Shown here: piece after piece, positions 1 to 8,940 of the stretch
Position numbering within the stretch: position 1 is the stretch's first letter
Layout: each line of letters opens with the position of its first letter
From: a virus
Length of the DNA: 64,000 bases
IMG/VR virus record: IMGVR_UViG_3300029258_005088
Reading direction: 5' to 3' (one strand)
Notes under the pieces: model-generated
Databases searched by the model: none
The model's input: only the letters and a program-made list of their open reading frames with translations
Told to the model about the DNA's origin: nothing
Program-made: the position numbers and the translations under genes

Positions 1-884
1 CCAGACTTTATCTCTACGTCGAAGTTCCTGTCCAGGCTGTAGGGGTTGGCGACGTAGAAGCCGTTGTTGAACGGGAGAATATGCATCATGAAATACTTCG
101 AGGATGACAGCAGAGACTGCCATGCGTTCTGTTGCCTCCATATATTGGCGAACTTCTCGCCTATGTTCCGAAGAAACATGGTGGGAACGAGATTCAACGC
201 CTTCAGCTGACAGCCTGGGTAGGCGTTTATCACCTCGTCGGCGATCACCGACAGATCGTTTCCGGTACCCGTATCCACACCCTGGCTCTCGGCATATAGA
301 CTGGTCGTTATCGATCTCAGAACCTCCGCAGGCCAGTTGTTTGCCTGTGGGTAGTCCTTGAGGAACCTGCTGACGAAGGTCTCTATGGCCAGTATGGAGC
401 TTGCGGCGGATCCGGAGTCCTGGCTACTGAATACGTTGACGTTCAACTTCTTCATCGCGAGCATTGGAAGAGACTCGTTGCCGTCGGAATATACGAAGGA
501 TGCGGATGGGGCCCCGGCGAGCTTGACGGCCTTCCCCTGTATGGATATGGACGCTCCCATGCGACGGGACCTCGGGGATGACTCGTCTGTGGTGGCTATG
601 GAAGATACGTAGCCATCTATAAGAAGCACCTCTTCACCGGCCAGTTCTATGTACAGCTGGGCCGCTTCGTTCTTTCCGATATCGGCCAGAGAATCCCATT
701 CGTTGATCTCCTCCAGAACGGGGGTTCCCGTAGCGGGAACGACCTGGGCAACGGGTATGGAGTCCATAGCGTAATTGACCACGAAGCTGGATACCGGAAG
801 CCGCTTGGTGCCTCCGTTGACGGAGGATACGTCAAGGAATCCTCCTTCCACTCTTCGCTGTTCTATGGTCGCTATGTCAGGCAC
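1..884 (-). CDS. Putative baseplate hub protein (partial, runs off the window start)
   Basis: Not in the ORF track. Translated by hand from GTG at 884 (GTGCCTGA overlaps the upstream stop): MPDIATIEQRRVEGGFLDVSSVNGGTKRLPVSSFVVNYAMDSIPVAQVVPATG..., open to the window edge. Position after tape measure and tube-like genes fits a gp27/gpD-like hub. Confidence 0.55.
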   Translation of the reverse strand, partial: MPDIATIEQRRVEGGFLDVSSVNGGTKRLPVSSFVVNYAMDSIPVAQVVPATGTPVLEEINEWDSLADIGKNEAAQLYIELAGEEVLLIDGYVSSIATTDESSPRSRRMGASISIQGKAVKLAGAPSASFVYSDGNESLPMLAMKKLNVNVFSSQDSGSAASSILAIETFVSRFLKDYPQANNWPAEVLRSITTSLYAESQGVDTGTGNDLSVIADEVINAYPGCQLKALNLVPTMFLRNIGEKFANIWRQQNAWQSLLSSSKYFMMHILPFNNGFYVANPYSLDRNFDVEIKS

Positions 885-1587
885 GGTTGAACAACTCCAC
901 TGCGGACATTACGTATGCCGCCAGGCGTTGATCCCATCTGGGATCCTCTTCCCAGATCCTGGCAAGGGACGGATCCGTCCATACGGGCCTCGTCTTGGAA
1001 ACGCGATCTCTCAGGAAATTCCAGTCCAAAGCCGCCGGCAACGTAGCTCGTATGGTGAATATGTAGAACAGGGATGCGAAATCGCTCCGCATGCGAATGG
1101 ACAGGCCGGGGACTATTCCTATCTTGGAAGACATCCCGTTGGTGACCGTGTAGTTGAACACGGTGTCTCTATAGGTCAGCGTTCCCGCGGACGAATCGAC
1201 GACGCACAGCAGATCCACGCGACCCTGACCTCTTTCCCTAAGAACGTCGTAGTCCACGACGATATCGACACTGAACGGGTCCGGTACGGTGGTCGGTATG
1301 ATATATTCTCCCGGGGCCCCGAACAACGGAAAGGCGGTCTCGTAGCTGTTGTCCGGATCGAAGGTTCTGGCTCTGTCCCCTTGCTCCGAGTTCCACAGGA
1401 ACTGGGTAAGATACTCCGCGTACACCGCTCTTAGATATTCGTCGCTGTAAGGTGTGAGAGCCTCGATCATGTCGCGGCCTTCGTCATTCTCGTATGCATA
1501 CGCGTTCTCCTGGACGAATCTGGAGAACTCGGAGTTTCCGTACGGAAGTCCCTTTGAAAGTATGGAATATATTCTGTTAGTTTTCAT
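877..1587 (-). CDS. Putative baseplate protein
   Basis: 236-aa ORF coupled to both neighbours in the baseplate block; function inferred from position only. Confidence 0.45.
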   Translation of the reverse strand: MKTNRIYSILSKGLPYGNSEFSRFVQENAYAYENDEGRDMIEALTPYSDEYLRAVYAEYLTQFLWNSEQGDRARTFDPDNSYETAFPLFGAPGEYIIPTTVPDPFSVDIVVDYDVLRERGQGRVDLLCVVDSSAGTLTYRDTVFNYTVTNGMSSKIGIVPGLSIRMRSDFASLFYIFTIRATLPAALDWNFLRDRVSKTRPVWTDPSLARIWEEDPRWDQRLAAYVMSAVELFNRA

Positions 1588-2195
1588 GCTAGTCCCTCTA
1601 TGGCGGAAAGACCCGAGCTCCTTACCGGATCAGCTCCCGTGGAATCTCCTTCCAGAGACGCGTATAAAAGCTCGGAAGGAAGGGGCTGAGGGGTTCCCTC
1701 TTCGCTGGCCGGGACGTTCGATCCCGGTATGTTCTTGGTATTGCCCGCTCCTACGAGATTCTGCAGGAGGGCCAGGTACTTCAGATAGAACTTGAACCCT
1801 TCGACGCCGTTCTGGTTATAGTCCTCTATCCGCATGTCCACCAGAAAGCCCTTCATCACGATTCCTGCGAAAGACATCTTCACGATGAGGCCCGTCTTGA
1901 TGTTGTACTCTCTGTAGAACTTCAGAAAGGGAGGATCCCCCTCTACGTCGTTGCCGTTGCAATCCGACAGGATATGGAGTCCCTGAAGATCCCACATGGA
2001 CAGGCGCTCGCTGAACGTATTGAGAAATATGTCGTCTCCCAGGCTGTACATGAGCTGGTAGTTGGGCTTGGATCCTCCGCTGATATTGGTGACGAACAGC
2101 CTGGGATCGTCAAACTCCTCTATGGTCAGTCTCGCCGGCTTGGTATCGGTTATTTCACCCAGCTTGGTCTTCTCGAATAAAATACTCTCTGGCAT
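1584..2195 (-). CDS. Tube-like baseplate / tube-initiator protein
   Basis: Start reassigned to ATG 2195, which overlaps the tape-measure stop (TGATG); 203 aa. Pattern FVTNISGGSKPNYQLMYSLGDDIFLNTFSERLSMWDLQG resembles tube-fold proteins; lies directly after the tape measure gene. Confidence 0.55.
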   Translation of the reverse strand: MPESILFEKTKLGEITDTKPARLTIEEFDDPRLFVTNISGGSKPNYQLMYSLGDDIFLNTFSERLSMWDLQGLHILSDCNGNDVEGDPPFLKFYREYNIKTGLIVKMSFAGIVMKGFLVDMRIEDYNQNGVEGFKFYLKYLALLQNLVGAGNTKNIPGSNVPASEEGTPQPLPSELLYASLEGDSTGADPVRSSGLSAIEGLA

Positions 2196-4831
2196 CAGTC
2201 GTCTCCTGTGGCGTCTTTGGTGGGCTTGGACACGCCTCCGCCGTTTTCGAACCATGCGGCGATCCGCTTAAGCAGCTCTATTATAACGCCCAAGCCGGTG
2301 GCCGTCGAACCAGGAGCCCCAATGCTCTCGTTGGCCGACGATTCCTCTTCCAAGGCTTTCTCGAAGCTCTTTCTGTCCATGGTGTCGGAGGCCTTCCATC
2401 CGCTCCACTCTCGCTTGAACTGCTCGAACGACTTCGGAGCTCCCGATCCTGACCGAAGGGATTCCTCGTATTCTTCTCCAAGCCTCTGCGCGGTGTTCTT
2501 GAACATCTCCTGGGCAGCCTTGTCCTTTCGAAGACCGCCGGACATGAACTTGACGTCATCTGCCGTTATCTGCTCCATGACGGTAAGGGACTCCGCGGCG
2601 CGTTGTATGTCTTCGTCCTCCATCTTCTTTCCGGATCGCTCCAAGGCCTTGTCTATGTCGAACACGTTCTTGGCCATGTCCCACTGGAAACCGCCTCCGG
2701 TAGCCTCTTCCGCATAGTCTATGAGATCCTGGGTCGTGGTCTCCGTGTCTTCGCCGCTCCGGAAATTCATTATTAGATCTCGGGCCGCCGCTATCTGCTC
2801 TTTCGTCGCCGCCTTCCCTCTGTAGGTCCTCTGGAACAAGGTCTTCATGGCCTCGTTGGCACCCATCTCCGCCATCTGTCTGTTGGCGCGTTCCCGGGCA
2901 GTGGCTTCCTTTCCCAGAGGATTGTCCACGAAGTACGATCTGAGATTCTCGGAGCCGCGTTCGAAGCCCTCGAACATCTCCAGAACCTCGGTACCATCCA
3001 CGTTCCTTCCCGGTCCGCCCAGAACGGATTGAACGAAGCCCTTGACGGTTGCGGGATCACTGCTTCCGGCCATCGTCTTTATGTATTCGTTCAGTCCGAC
3101 GATTCCCCCGGATACGTTGCGTCCCCCGAGAGTTTCCATGAAGCGCCTCCCGGTCTCCGTATCCTCCATTATCCTTCTGGTGGTCTCCGTTTCGTAAGTG
3201 GTCGCCAGGAATTGGTCCACTCCTCTGGCCCCTCCGGTGAATCCGGCTGCCTTCGCCTGCAGAGCGAATCTCCGCATTAGACTGCCCCGTAGGGCGTTGG
3301 CCTCGGCATTGGTTCCGAAAGCCTCCCGCATGGCGTCTTCCGTTACAGGACCACTGCGTAGCTGGTTCATGATGCCTTCCCGTCCCTCGACGTTGTTCAT
3401 CTCCAGTGCATTCTCTATCATGGCCAGTCTGTTGGCCTGCAGGGAAGCCATGTTGTGACGAGCCGCTACCCGCGTGCCGACTCCCATGGCTCTGGCTTTC
3501 TCCGCCTCTGCCGTGAAAGACGCATCCCTCACGTCGAATCCGCTTATCCCTTTGATTCCCGTGCTTCTGGCGATCTCGGAGGCATCCATGTTCATCAAGG
3601 CGTCCGGCTCCATATCGCGAAGATTACGCAACCACTCGTCGGCTGACTCCTTTCCGGCGGACTGTTCGATCAAGGCGTATGCACCGGATATGTCGCGTGA
3701 CATCCCGCTCTGCTGGGCTCCCGTGGTCTTCCTCACGACGTCGTTTCGGAACGCTACCTGGTTCACCAACGGCGACGATATGCCGGCCTGTCTCTGCGTT
3801 CCGAGGATCTGTGCGGAATAGGTGGCCGCGGCAGCCGCTCCCCACGGATCCAGACCTGCCTGCAGGGACACCTGTCGGCTCATGCCTCCCAGTGCGGCCA
3901 TCTGCTGAGGAGCGAATCCCGCCACGGCTCCCGCGGCGGACATGTTCTGAAGGAGGGACCTTCCCTGATCGTCGAAGGTAGACATGACGTCCACTCCCAT
4001 AAGAGCGTTGACCTGATCGAGTACGTCGGTTACAGAGCCCTTGAATATCTGCCTGAAAGCCTGTATGGATCTGGACGCTTCCTTGGTTGCCGCAAGCACG
4101 TCCCTCTGCATGATCTCGGTTTCCGACAGCTCGCTCCCGGGCGCTTCCTCCGCGGCATTCCTTTGTATCGCACCCAGCTGACCGGTCCTTCCCATCTCCG
4201 CGTACAATCTACCGACGTCGGCTCCGCGAAGTCCGTAGAAGTCCTGCGGCTTGGACAGGAAAGCCTCGGTCAGGCTGTCGGCCATGGTTCCCGCCCTCTC
4301 CTGTCTCGCGAGAGTCCTGTCGTCGAAGCCCATGGCGGCCGCTCCGAGATATCGGGAGCCTTCTTCCAGACCCGCCTGCAGACCACCCGGCTGAAGCTGG
4401 TTGAACATGAAGTTGGAAGCCATTCCGGTGAACGTGAACCTACCGGCCATGGCCCTGGCCTGTTCCTCGTTCTCGGCGCCGCCGAACGTCATAAGGTATT
4501 TCTCCGCCTGCTCTCTGCGAAGACGGGAAACGGTCTGGGCGGAGGACGCCATAGCCGTCTGGATGCCGAGATCCTGCTGCTGTGCCATCATCTCCGCGCC
4601 GGCATCCCGGGGACCGAACAACGCAGAGGATCCGTAAGGCATCGAGGCGCCGCCGAACATGTTGATGTTCGAGGACATGGTCTGACCGAAGGCTCTCTGG
4701 AAAGCGTCACCGAGGAAGTTGCCGAGACGCGGATCGCCGATGACCTCCAGGATCACCTGGCGTATCTTCGCTACGTCCGTGTCCTGAAGGCCCGAATTGG
4801 TGATAAAGCGGGTATCATTCGGTGGTTGCAT
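2195..4831 (-). CDS. Tape measure protein
   Basis: 878 aa, Ala/Gly/Met/Gln-rich and helical in character, directly downstream of the chaperone pair. Confidence 0.8.
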   Translation of the reverse strand: MQPPNDTRFITNSGLQDTDVAKIRQVILEVIGDPRLGNFLGDAFQRAFGQTMSSNINMFGGASMPYGSSALFGPRDAGAEMMAQQQDLGIQTAMASSAQTVSRLRREQAEKYLMTFGGAENEEQARAMAGRFTFTGMASNFMFNQLQPGGLQAGLEEGSRYLGAAAMGFDDRTLARQERAGTMADSLTEAFLSKPQDFYGLRGADVGRLYAEMGRTGQLGAIQRNAAEEAPGSELSETEIMQRDVLAATKEASRSIQAFRQIFKGSVTDVLDQVNALMGVDVMSTFDDQGRSLLQNMSAAGAVAGFAPQQMAALGGMSRQVSLQAGLDPWGAAAAATYSAQILGTQRQAGISSPLVNQVAFRNDVVRKTTGAQQSGMSRDISGAYALIEQSAGKESADEWLRNLRDMEPDALMNMDASEIARSTGIKGISGFDVRDASFTAEAEKARAMGVGTRVAARHNMASLQANRLAMIENALEMNNVEGREGIMNQLRSGPVTEDAMREAFGTNAEANALRGSLMRRFALQAKAAGFTGGARGVDQFLATTYETETTRRIMEDTETGRRFMETLGGRNVSGGIVGLNEYIKTMAGSSDPATVKGFVQSVLGGPGRNVDGTEVLEMFEGFERGSENLRSYFVDNPLGKEATARERANRQMAEMGANEAMKTLFQRTYRGKAATKEQIAAARDLIMNFRSGEDTETTTQDLIDYAEEATGGGFQWDMAKNVFDIDKALERSGKKMEDEDIQRAAESLTVMEQITADDVKFMSGGLRKDKAAQEMFKNTAQRLGEEYEESLRSGSGAPKSFEQFKREWSGWKASDTMDRKSFEKALEEESSANESIGAPGSTATGLGVIIELLKRIAAWFENGGGVSKPTKDATGDD

Positions 4832-5216
4832 TCTCTTGTTCCTTCCTCATGGCTTTCATCTTTCTATGAGCCTCTATCGTTCTATAGTAGAAATCCTCGA
4901 GATTCTTGTCATCGTCCATCATCTTCTGCTCTTCGGACCTCTTGTCCCGCCTCCACGGTATAATGGACGCGTACGCCTGGTCCAGAGCGTCCATGGACAT
5001 CTTCATTTTCTGCTCAGGCCTTATAGGGCCTCCGGCGATTACCTGGGCCCGTACCTTCGCCAACTCGGCTTCACGGCGCCTCTCAGCCTCCATGAGGATG
5101 AGGCCCTCGTTAACCAGGCTGACCGTGTCGTCTCTGCTGATCTCGGACGGATCCAGTGCTTTGTCGTAAATGGCGCTGAGGGTCAGCTGAGCCCAACGCC
5201 CTTGTAAAAAGTCTCG
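4815..5216 (-). CDS. Tail assembly chaperone, -1 frame extension (gpT-like)
   Basis: The ORF-track ORF 4815..5093 is open upstream to 5216 (FLQGRWAQLTLSAIYDKALDPSEISRDDTVSLVNEGLILMEAERRR...). It lies in the -1 frame relative to the upstream chaperone and opens at its TTTTTAC run. Confidence 0.7.
   Translation of the reverse strand, partial: RDFLQGRWAQLTLSAIYDKALDPSEISRDDTVSLVNEGLILMEAERRREAELAKVRAQVIAGGPIRPEQKMKMSMDALDQAYASIIPWRRDKRSEEQKMMDDDKNLEDFYYRTIEAHRKMKAMRKEQENATTE
5172..5210 (-). promoter_or_regulatory. Candidate -1 programmed ribosomal frameshift signal (slippery T TTT TAC plus downstream stem-loop)
   Basis: Minus strand ACT TTT TAC at 5212-5204, followed by GGCGTTG (5200-5194) that can pair with CAGCGCC (5178-5172). 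Confidence 0.6.
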
Positions 5217-5812
5217 TCAAGCCCCGCCATGGGCAGCATCTCGGTGAGACGAATGAACTCGAGCATCACCTTGATCATCAGAACCGGGACGTCTTCTCCC
5301 ATGCTTCCGTAACGCTCTTTCCATAACGCGGCAAGCTCTTCCTTGTCCGCTGTCTCCGGCGCGGTGAACTCTTCGTCTCCCCATCGACGGAGATAGAACA
5401 GGACCTTGATCCTGACCGCCTTCGAGGCATGCGTGATGAAATCGTCTTCGTCCACCGTCTTGAGCGCCTCTGACAATATCTCGGACTCGTCTCCCGTAAG
5501 CAACGAGTACTGAGCCGTCAACTCGCCGCCGAACAACGAATACGCCTTCTTGAACGTGCGTTTTCCGGTGAGGCATCTGAAGTACTCCCTGATCTCGGAC
5601 TCCTCCGGTTTGAGAGACTCTCTATCCTTCAGCTTGTGTCCGCATCTCGGGCACTCGACCAGTTCGAGCTTCTCTTCCTTGGCCTTCTCCGGCATTTCCT
5701 CCGGAATATCTTGTACTTCCTGCTCGAATTCCTCTACCTGAGAGATGGCTTTGAGAGCCGCTTCTCTTACTTCCTGCTGTTCCGGTGTCTCGTTCACGGA
5801 CTGGGTTTCCAT
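5183..5812 (-). CDS. Tail assembly chaperone (gpG-like)
   Basis: 209 aa, acidic and helical with a CPRC zinc-ribbon-like motif; upstream of the tape measure gene and carries a candidate frameshift site. Confidence 0.7.
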   Translation of the reverse strand: METQSVNETPEQQEVREAALKAISQVEEFEQEVQDIPEEMPEKAKEEKLELVECPRCGHKLKDRESLKPEESEIREYFRCLTGKRTFKKAYSLFGGELTAQYSLLTGDESEILSEALKTVDEDDFITHASKAVRIKVLFYLRRWGDEEFTAPETADKEELAALWKERYGSMGEDVPVLMIKVMLEFIRLTEMLPMAGLDETFYKGVGLS

Positions 5813-5827
5813 GGTTCCTCCAAGCGT

Positions 5828-8392
5828 TTATGACTTCGGTATGTTGGTTTTGTATTGGTTGAGGGCCTTCCTCTCAACCGTCGTACCGTCGGTGACCACG
5901 AGGGGTTTCCCCTCCGTGTGGGCCGTCTTGCCGGGGTACGGGTACGTACTACCTAATATAGCGTGGGCTACTTCTCTTTCTATCCACGTTCTGGATTGGT
6001 CCGGCAACATCTGTTGCCATCTCGGGGCCACGAGCTCGTAGTTCTTCGCTCGATACGCCTCGGTGTCCGAATCCGGGAACGCGAGTTCGGTGATCTTCTG
6101 GCCGCGCTGGGTGGCGGCTCCTTCGGCAACCATCCTGTCCAGCAGGGACTTTCCTACACCTGCCGCCGCACGGGCCAAGTCTCTGTAGCTGGATGACGGG
6201 ATCTGGTCGGTTACCAGGTCCACCCGCACGCGCTCCGCGTCATTGGTCAAGGGCTGTGCGTTGCAGGCGTCGTTCGCCACAACGCCTTTCTCCGTCTGAA
6301 GGGGACCCTTGGACAGGACCCCGGACTTGGACTGGATGAATCCCTCGACTTCGAACGTCGGATCCGCCGCCGGCAGAGTGTCCTTCCTGCTGACGTCCAC
6401 CCGTCTGGCGGTCAGCATCGGACGGAAAACGTTGCCCGTGGACTTGCTCACCACCATTCCCTCTGTCACCGCGGCCACTCTGCTTCTTGCAAGCAGCATC
6501 ATGCTGTCGGACTGAAGGTAAAGGCCCGTTGCCTGCTCCATCATGGTGAGGGCCACGGAGTTCCTGAATGACATGGAGGCGTTGTTTCCGCGCAGCCCCA
6601 GCGTTCCCGATCCGGCGTTCAAAAGTATGTCGCATCCGGAGGCGTTCTCGTCCATGCCTGCCGTACTCTGCTTGCCCTTGGCGTATGCCGATCCGTGCAG
6701 ATAGGAGCCCTGTATGGACGTTCCCGCGTATAAATTCTTGATGATGACTCCCGACCCGAACGGAAGCCCGTTCTTGAGAGCTTCCTCGTCTATCTCCGCA
6801 AGTCCCACGGGCTGAGATCTGTTCTCCAGAACGAGCGCTCCTCCCTCTGTGCCGCCGCTGGTCAGATGCATGTTGGTGGCGGCCTTCTGAACTATGGCTC
6901 CTTCGGTGCTGGATACCTCCACTCTCTTTCCGACTCGGGAAAGACGGTTGCCGGGGACCTGTTCAATCAGGTCTCGCCCAGGAATGACCTGAAGATCCCC
7001 GGCAGCCGCGATGGTGACTGTTCCTCTGTTCATGCGCAGTTCCGCTCCGTAGCCATCTCCCAATATGAGACCTCCGTCGTCGGCCATCAGGAATACGGAA
7101 CTGTTCTTGAACAACCTCACCTTTCTACCGGGATACACCTCGATGTCCTTGCTCACGACGTCTGCAAGTGTGTATTCCCGTTCCTGCTCCTCGAGCGTTC
7201 TCAACGCCGGAGGATTCTCGTCGAATACCTTCTTCTTCACGTCTTCCACGGACGGGAAATACCAGACGTCCCCGTCCCTGCGAAGTCCCTGGAAGAAGGT
7301 CTTCTCTTCTTCCACGGTATCGAAGGCATCGTGCAACAAGGGCCGTAGTGCCGACACCTCGTCGTCGCTCTGCAACTTGAGCTCTTCCTTCTTCAGCTCC
7401 ATATCCACTCTGCTATCCGGTATGAGTGGATCCGAAGGAGGCGCTCCTCTGAGTTCTCGTTTAAGCCATGGAGACACTATGCCGTAGGTCTTCTCGAACT
7501 TGATCTCCTTGGCCGATCGCACGCGCATTATCCCGTCCATGCGCTGCGTCCGGGAAAGCATCCCCGGATAAATATGATCTCCGAATTCGTACGTCGTCCT
7601 GGCGTCGGAGTCCGTACGGAACACGTCCCATAGACCTTCGACCCCTCCCTGGAACAGGGATCGTCTGAACAGGCCGGTCTGCGACTCGGATGCAGGAACT
7701 ACACTGGCGTCTTCTTCCGTGAACGGAGGCTTGCCACCAAGACCTTCGTCCAGCGTGAGCGCGAAGTTGCACACGTCGACCGGGGTAAGTCCTCTGTGTA
7801 TGAGCTCGCGGAACTGGCTGCCGTGATCTTCCGAGAAGTTGTGGCTGATGATCTCCGCCATCTTGTCCAGACCGTTGAAGGAGATGCCGCAATCCTGTGC
7901 GGCTCCTACCTTGGCCATGAACTCGGACAACAAAAAGCACCCGCCGAGTACCGTGGACTTGAACCAATCTCCCGGAAGAACGTCGAGGGGCCGGTTGGCC
8001 CCCCTGTTCTCGTTCATGAAGTTGGTCTCTTCCTGATTCTCGAGGATGCGTCTGTAGGCTTCGTTATTGAGCGCGTTGGCTTTGCTGTCCGGGACTATCT
8101 CCGTTTCCTTGAACTCGGTGCCTTCGTAAACCGGATAAGGGTTGAAGGCTCCTAAGAGTATGTTGGGAAAGGAGAGCCTGGAAGCCGTCTCGTCCGTTCG
8201 AACGATCTGGGCTACCAGGACCTGTGATCCCGGGACGTAACCACCGCCGCCTATGTGACCGCCTCTGCGTCCCGAACCGGTCTCCAGCGAGGTCGCGACA
8301 ATGGTTCCATTGTCGGTACTCACCGTGTACTGATTCTCAAACGGGGCTGCGACGATGATCACACCCGTGTGGAGTGTGACCTGGGCGTTCAT
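5828..8392 (-). CDS. Baseplate central spike (gp5/gpV/VgrG-like)
   Basis: 854 aa. N-terminal OB-fold-like pattern (GVIIVAAPFENQYTV...YVPGSQVLVAQI...ILLGAF) and later beta-rich repeat-like segments (SVFLMADDGGLILGDGYGAELRMNRGTVTIAAAGDLQV). Confidence 0.65.
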   Translation of the reverse strand: MNAQVTLHTGVIIVAAPFENQYTVSTDNGTIVATSLETGSGRRGGHIGGGGYVPGSQVLVAQIVRTDETASRLSFPNILLGAFNPYPVYEGTEFKETEIVPDSKANALNNEAYRRILENQEETNFMNENRGANRPLDVLPGDWFKSTVLGGCFLLSEFMAKVGAAQDCGISFNGLDKMAEIISHNFSEDHGSQFRELIHRGLTPVDVCNFALTLDEGLGGKPPFTEEDASVVPASESQTGLFRRSLFQGGVEGLWDVFRTDSDARTTYEFGDHIYPGMLSRTQRMDGIMRVRSAKEIKFEKTYGIVSPWLKRELRGAPPSDPLIPDSRVDMELKKEELKLQSDDEVSALRPLLHDAFDTVEEEKTFFQGLRRDGDVWYFPSVEDVKKKVFDENPPALRTLEEQEREYTLADVVSKDIEVYPGRKVRLFKNSSVFLMADDGGLILGDGYGAELRMNRGTVTIAAAGDLQVIPGRDLIEQVPGNRLSRVGKRVEVSSTEGAIVQKAATNMHLTSGGTEGGALVLENRSQPVGLAEIDEEALKNGLPFGSGVIIKNLYAGTSIQGSYLHGSAYAKGKQSTAGMDENASGCDILLNAGSGTLGLRGNNASMSFRNSVALTMMEQATGLYLQSDSMMLLARSRVAAVTEGMVVSKSTGNVFRPMLTARRVDVSRKDTLPAADPTFEVEGFIQSKSGVLSKGPLQTEKGVVANDACNAQPLTNDAERVRVDLVTDQIPSSSYRDLARAAAGVGKSLLDRMVAEGAATQRGQKITELAFPDSDTEAYRAKNYELVAPRWQQMLPDQSRTWIEREVAHAILGSTYPYPGKTAHTEGKPLVVTDGTTVERKALNQYKTNIPKS

Positions 8393-8402
8393 CTTACCTC
8401 GC

Positions 8403-8927
8403 TTAGACTAATCCGCTCTGAGGAATCTCGGAGTTCGGTCCCACCTTCAGACTGATGAACTGCATGTCGATGCCTGCGTTGACCACAGTCAGCGCACCAC
8501 CAGTCTGTCTGACGGAAATGCGCAGCGCATTGATGATGCAGCCCGAGCAGATGAAATAGATCTGCGCGAATCTGTTGGTGCATTCCGAATCACCTTTGCT
8601 ATAACGCATACCCGATGGGGATACCCTCAGGGTGTTGTTCTTGATCTCGCATGCTTTGGAATACCGCTCGAGGAAATCCTTGATGGCGGCATGCGGTCCA
8701 ATGATCAAACCAAGGGACAGCTGACCGTCGGCTTCACCGATAGCCAGGTATTTCTTGTTCTGATTCAAGGGAGAGAACTTCTGGCTCTGGCGCCGGTATG
8801 TGATATCGACGGACGTCACTACCAACTCGTCGCCGTCCTCGATCTCGATAACTGCACCATCCAGGGTCCAAGCCCCTCCGATACGAGCATCGATACCAAA
8901 TACGTCTGGTACATCGCTTGATGGCAT
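8403..8927 (-). CDS. Tail tube protein
   Basis: 174 aa directly after the sheath gene; tube-like pattern VVTSVDITYRRQSQKFSPLNQNKKYLAIGEADGQLSLGLIIGP. Confidence 0.8.
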   Translation of the reverse strand: MPSSDVPDVFGIDARIGGAWTLDGAVIEIEDGDELVVTSVDITYRRQSQKFSPLNQNKKYLAIGEADGQLSLGLIIGPHAAIKDFLERYSKACEIKNNTLRVSPSGMRYSKGDSECTNRFAQIYFICSGCIINALRISVRQTGGALTVVNAGIDMQFISLKVGPNSEIPQSGLV

Positions 8928-8940
8928 GTTGTTACTCCTT

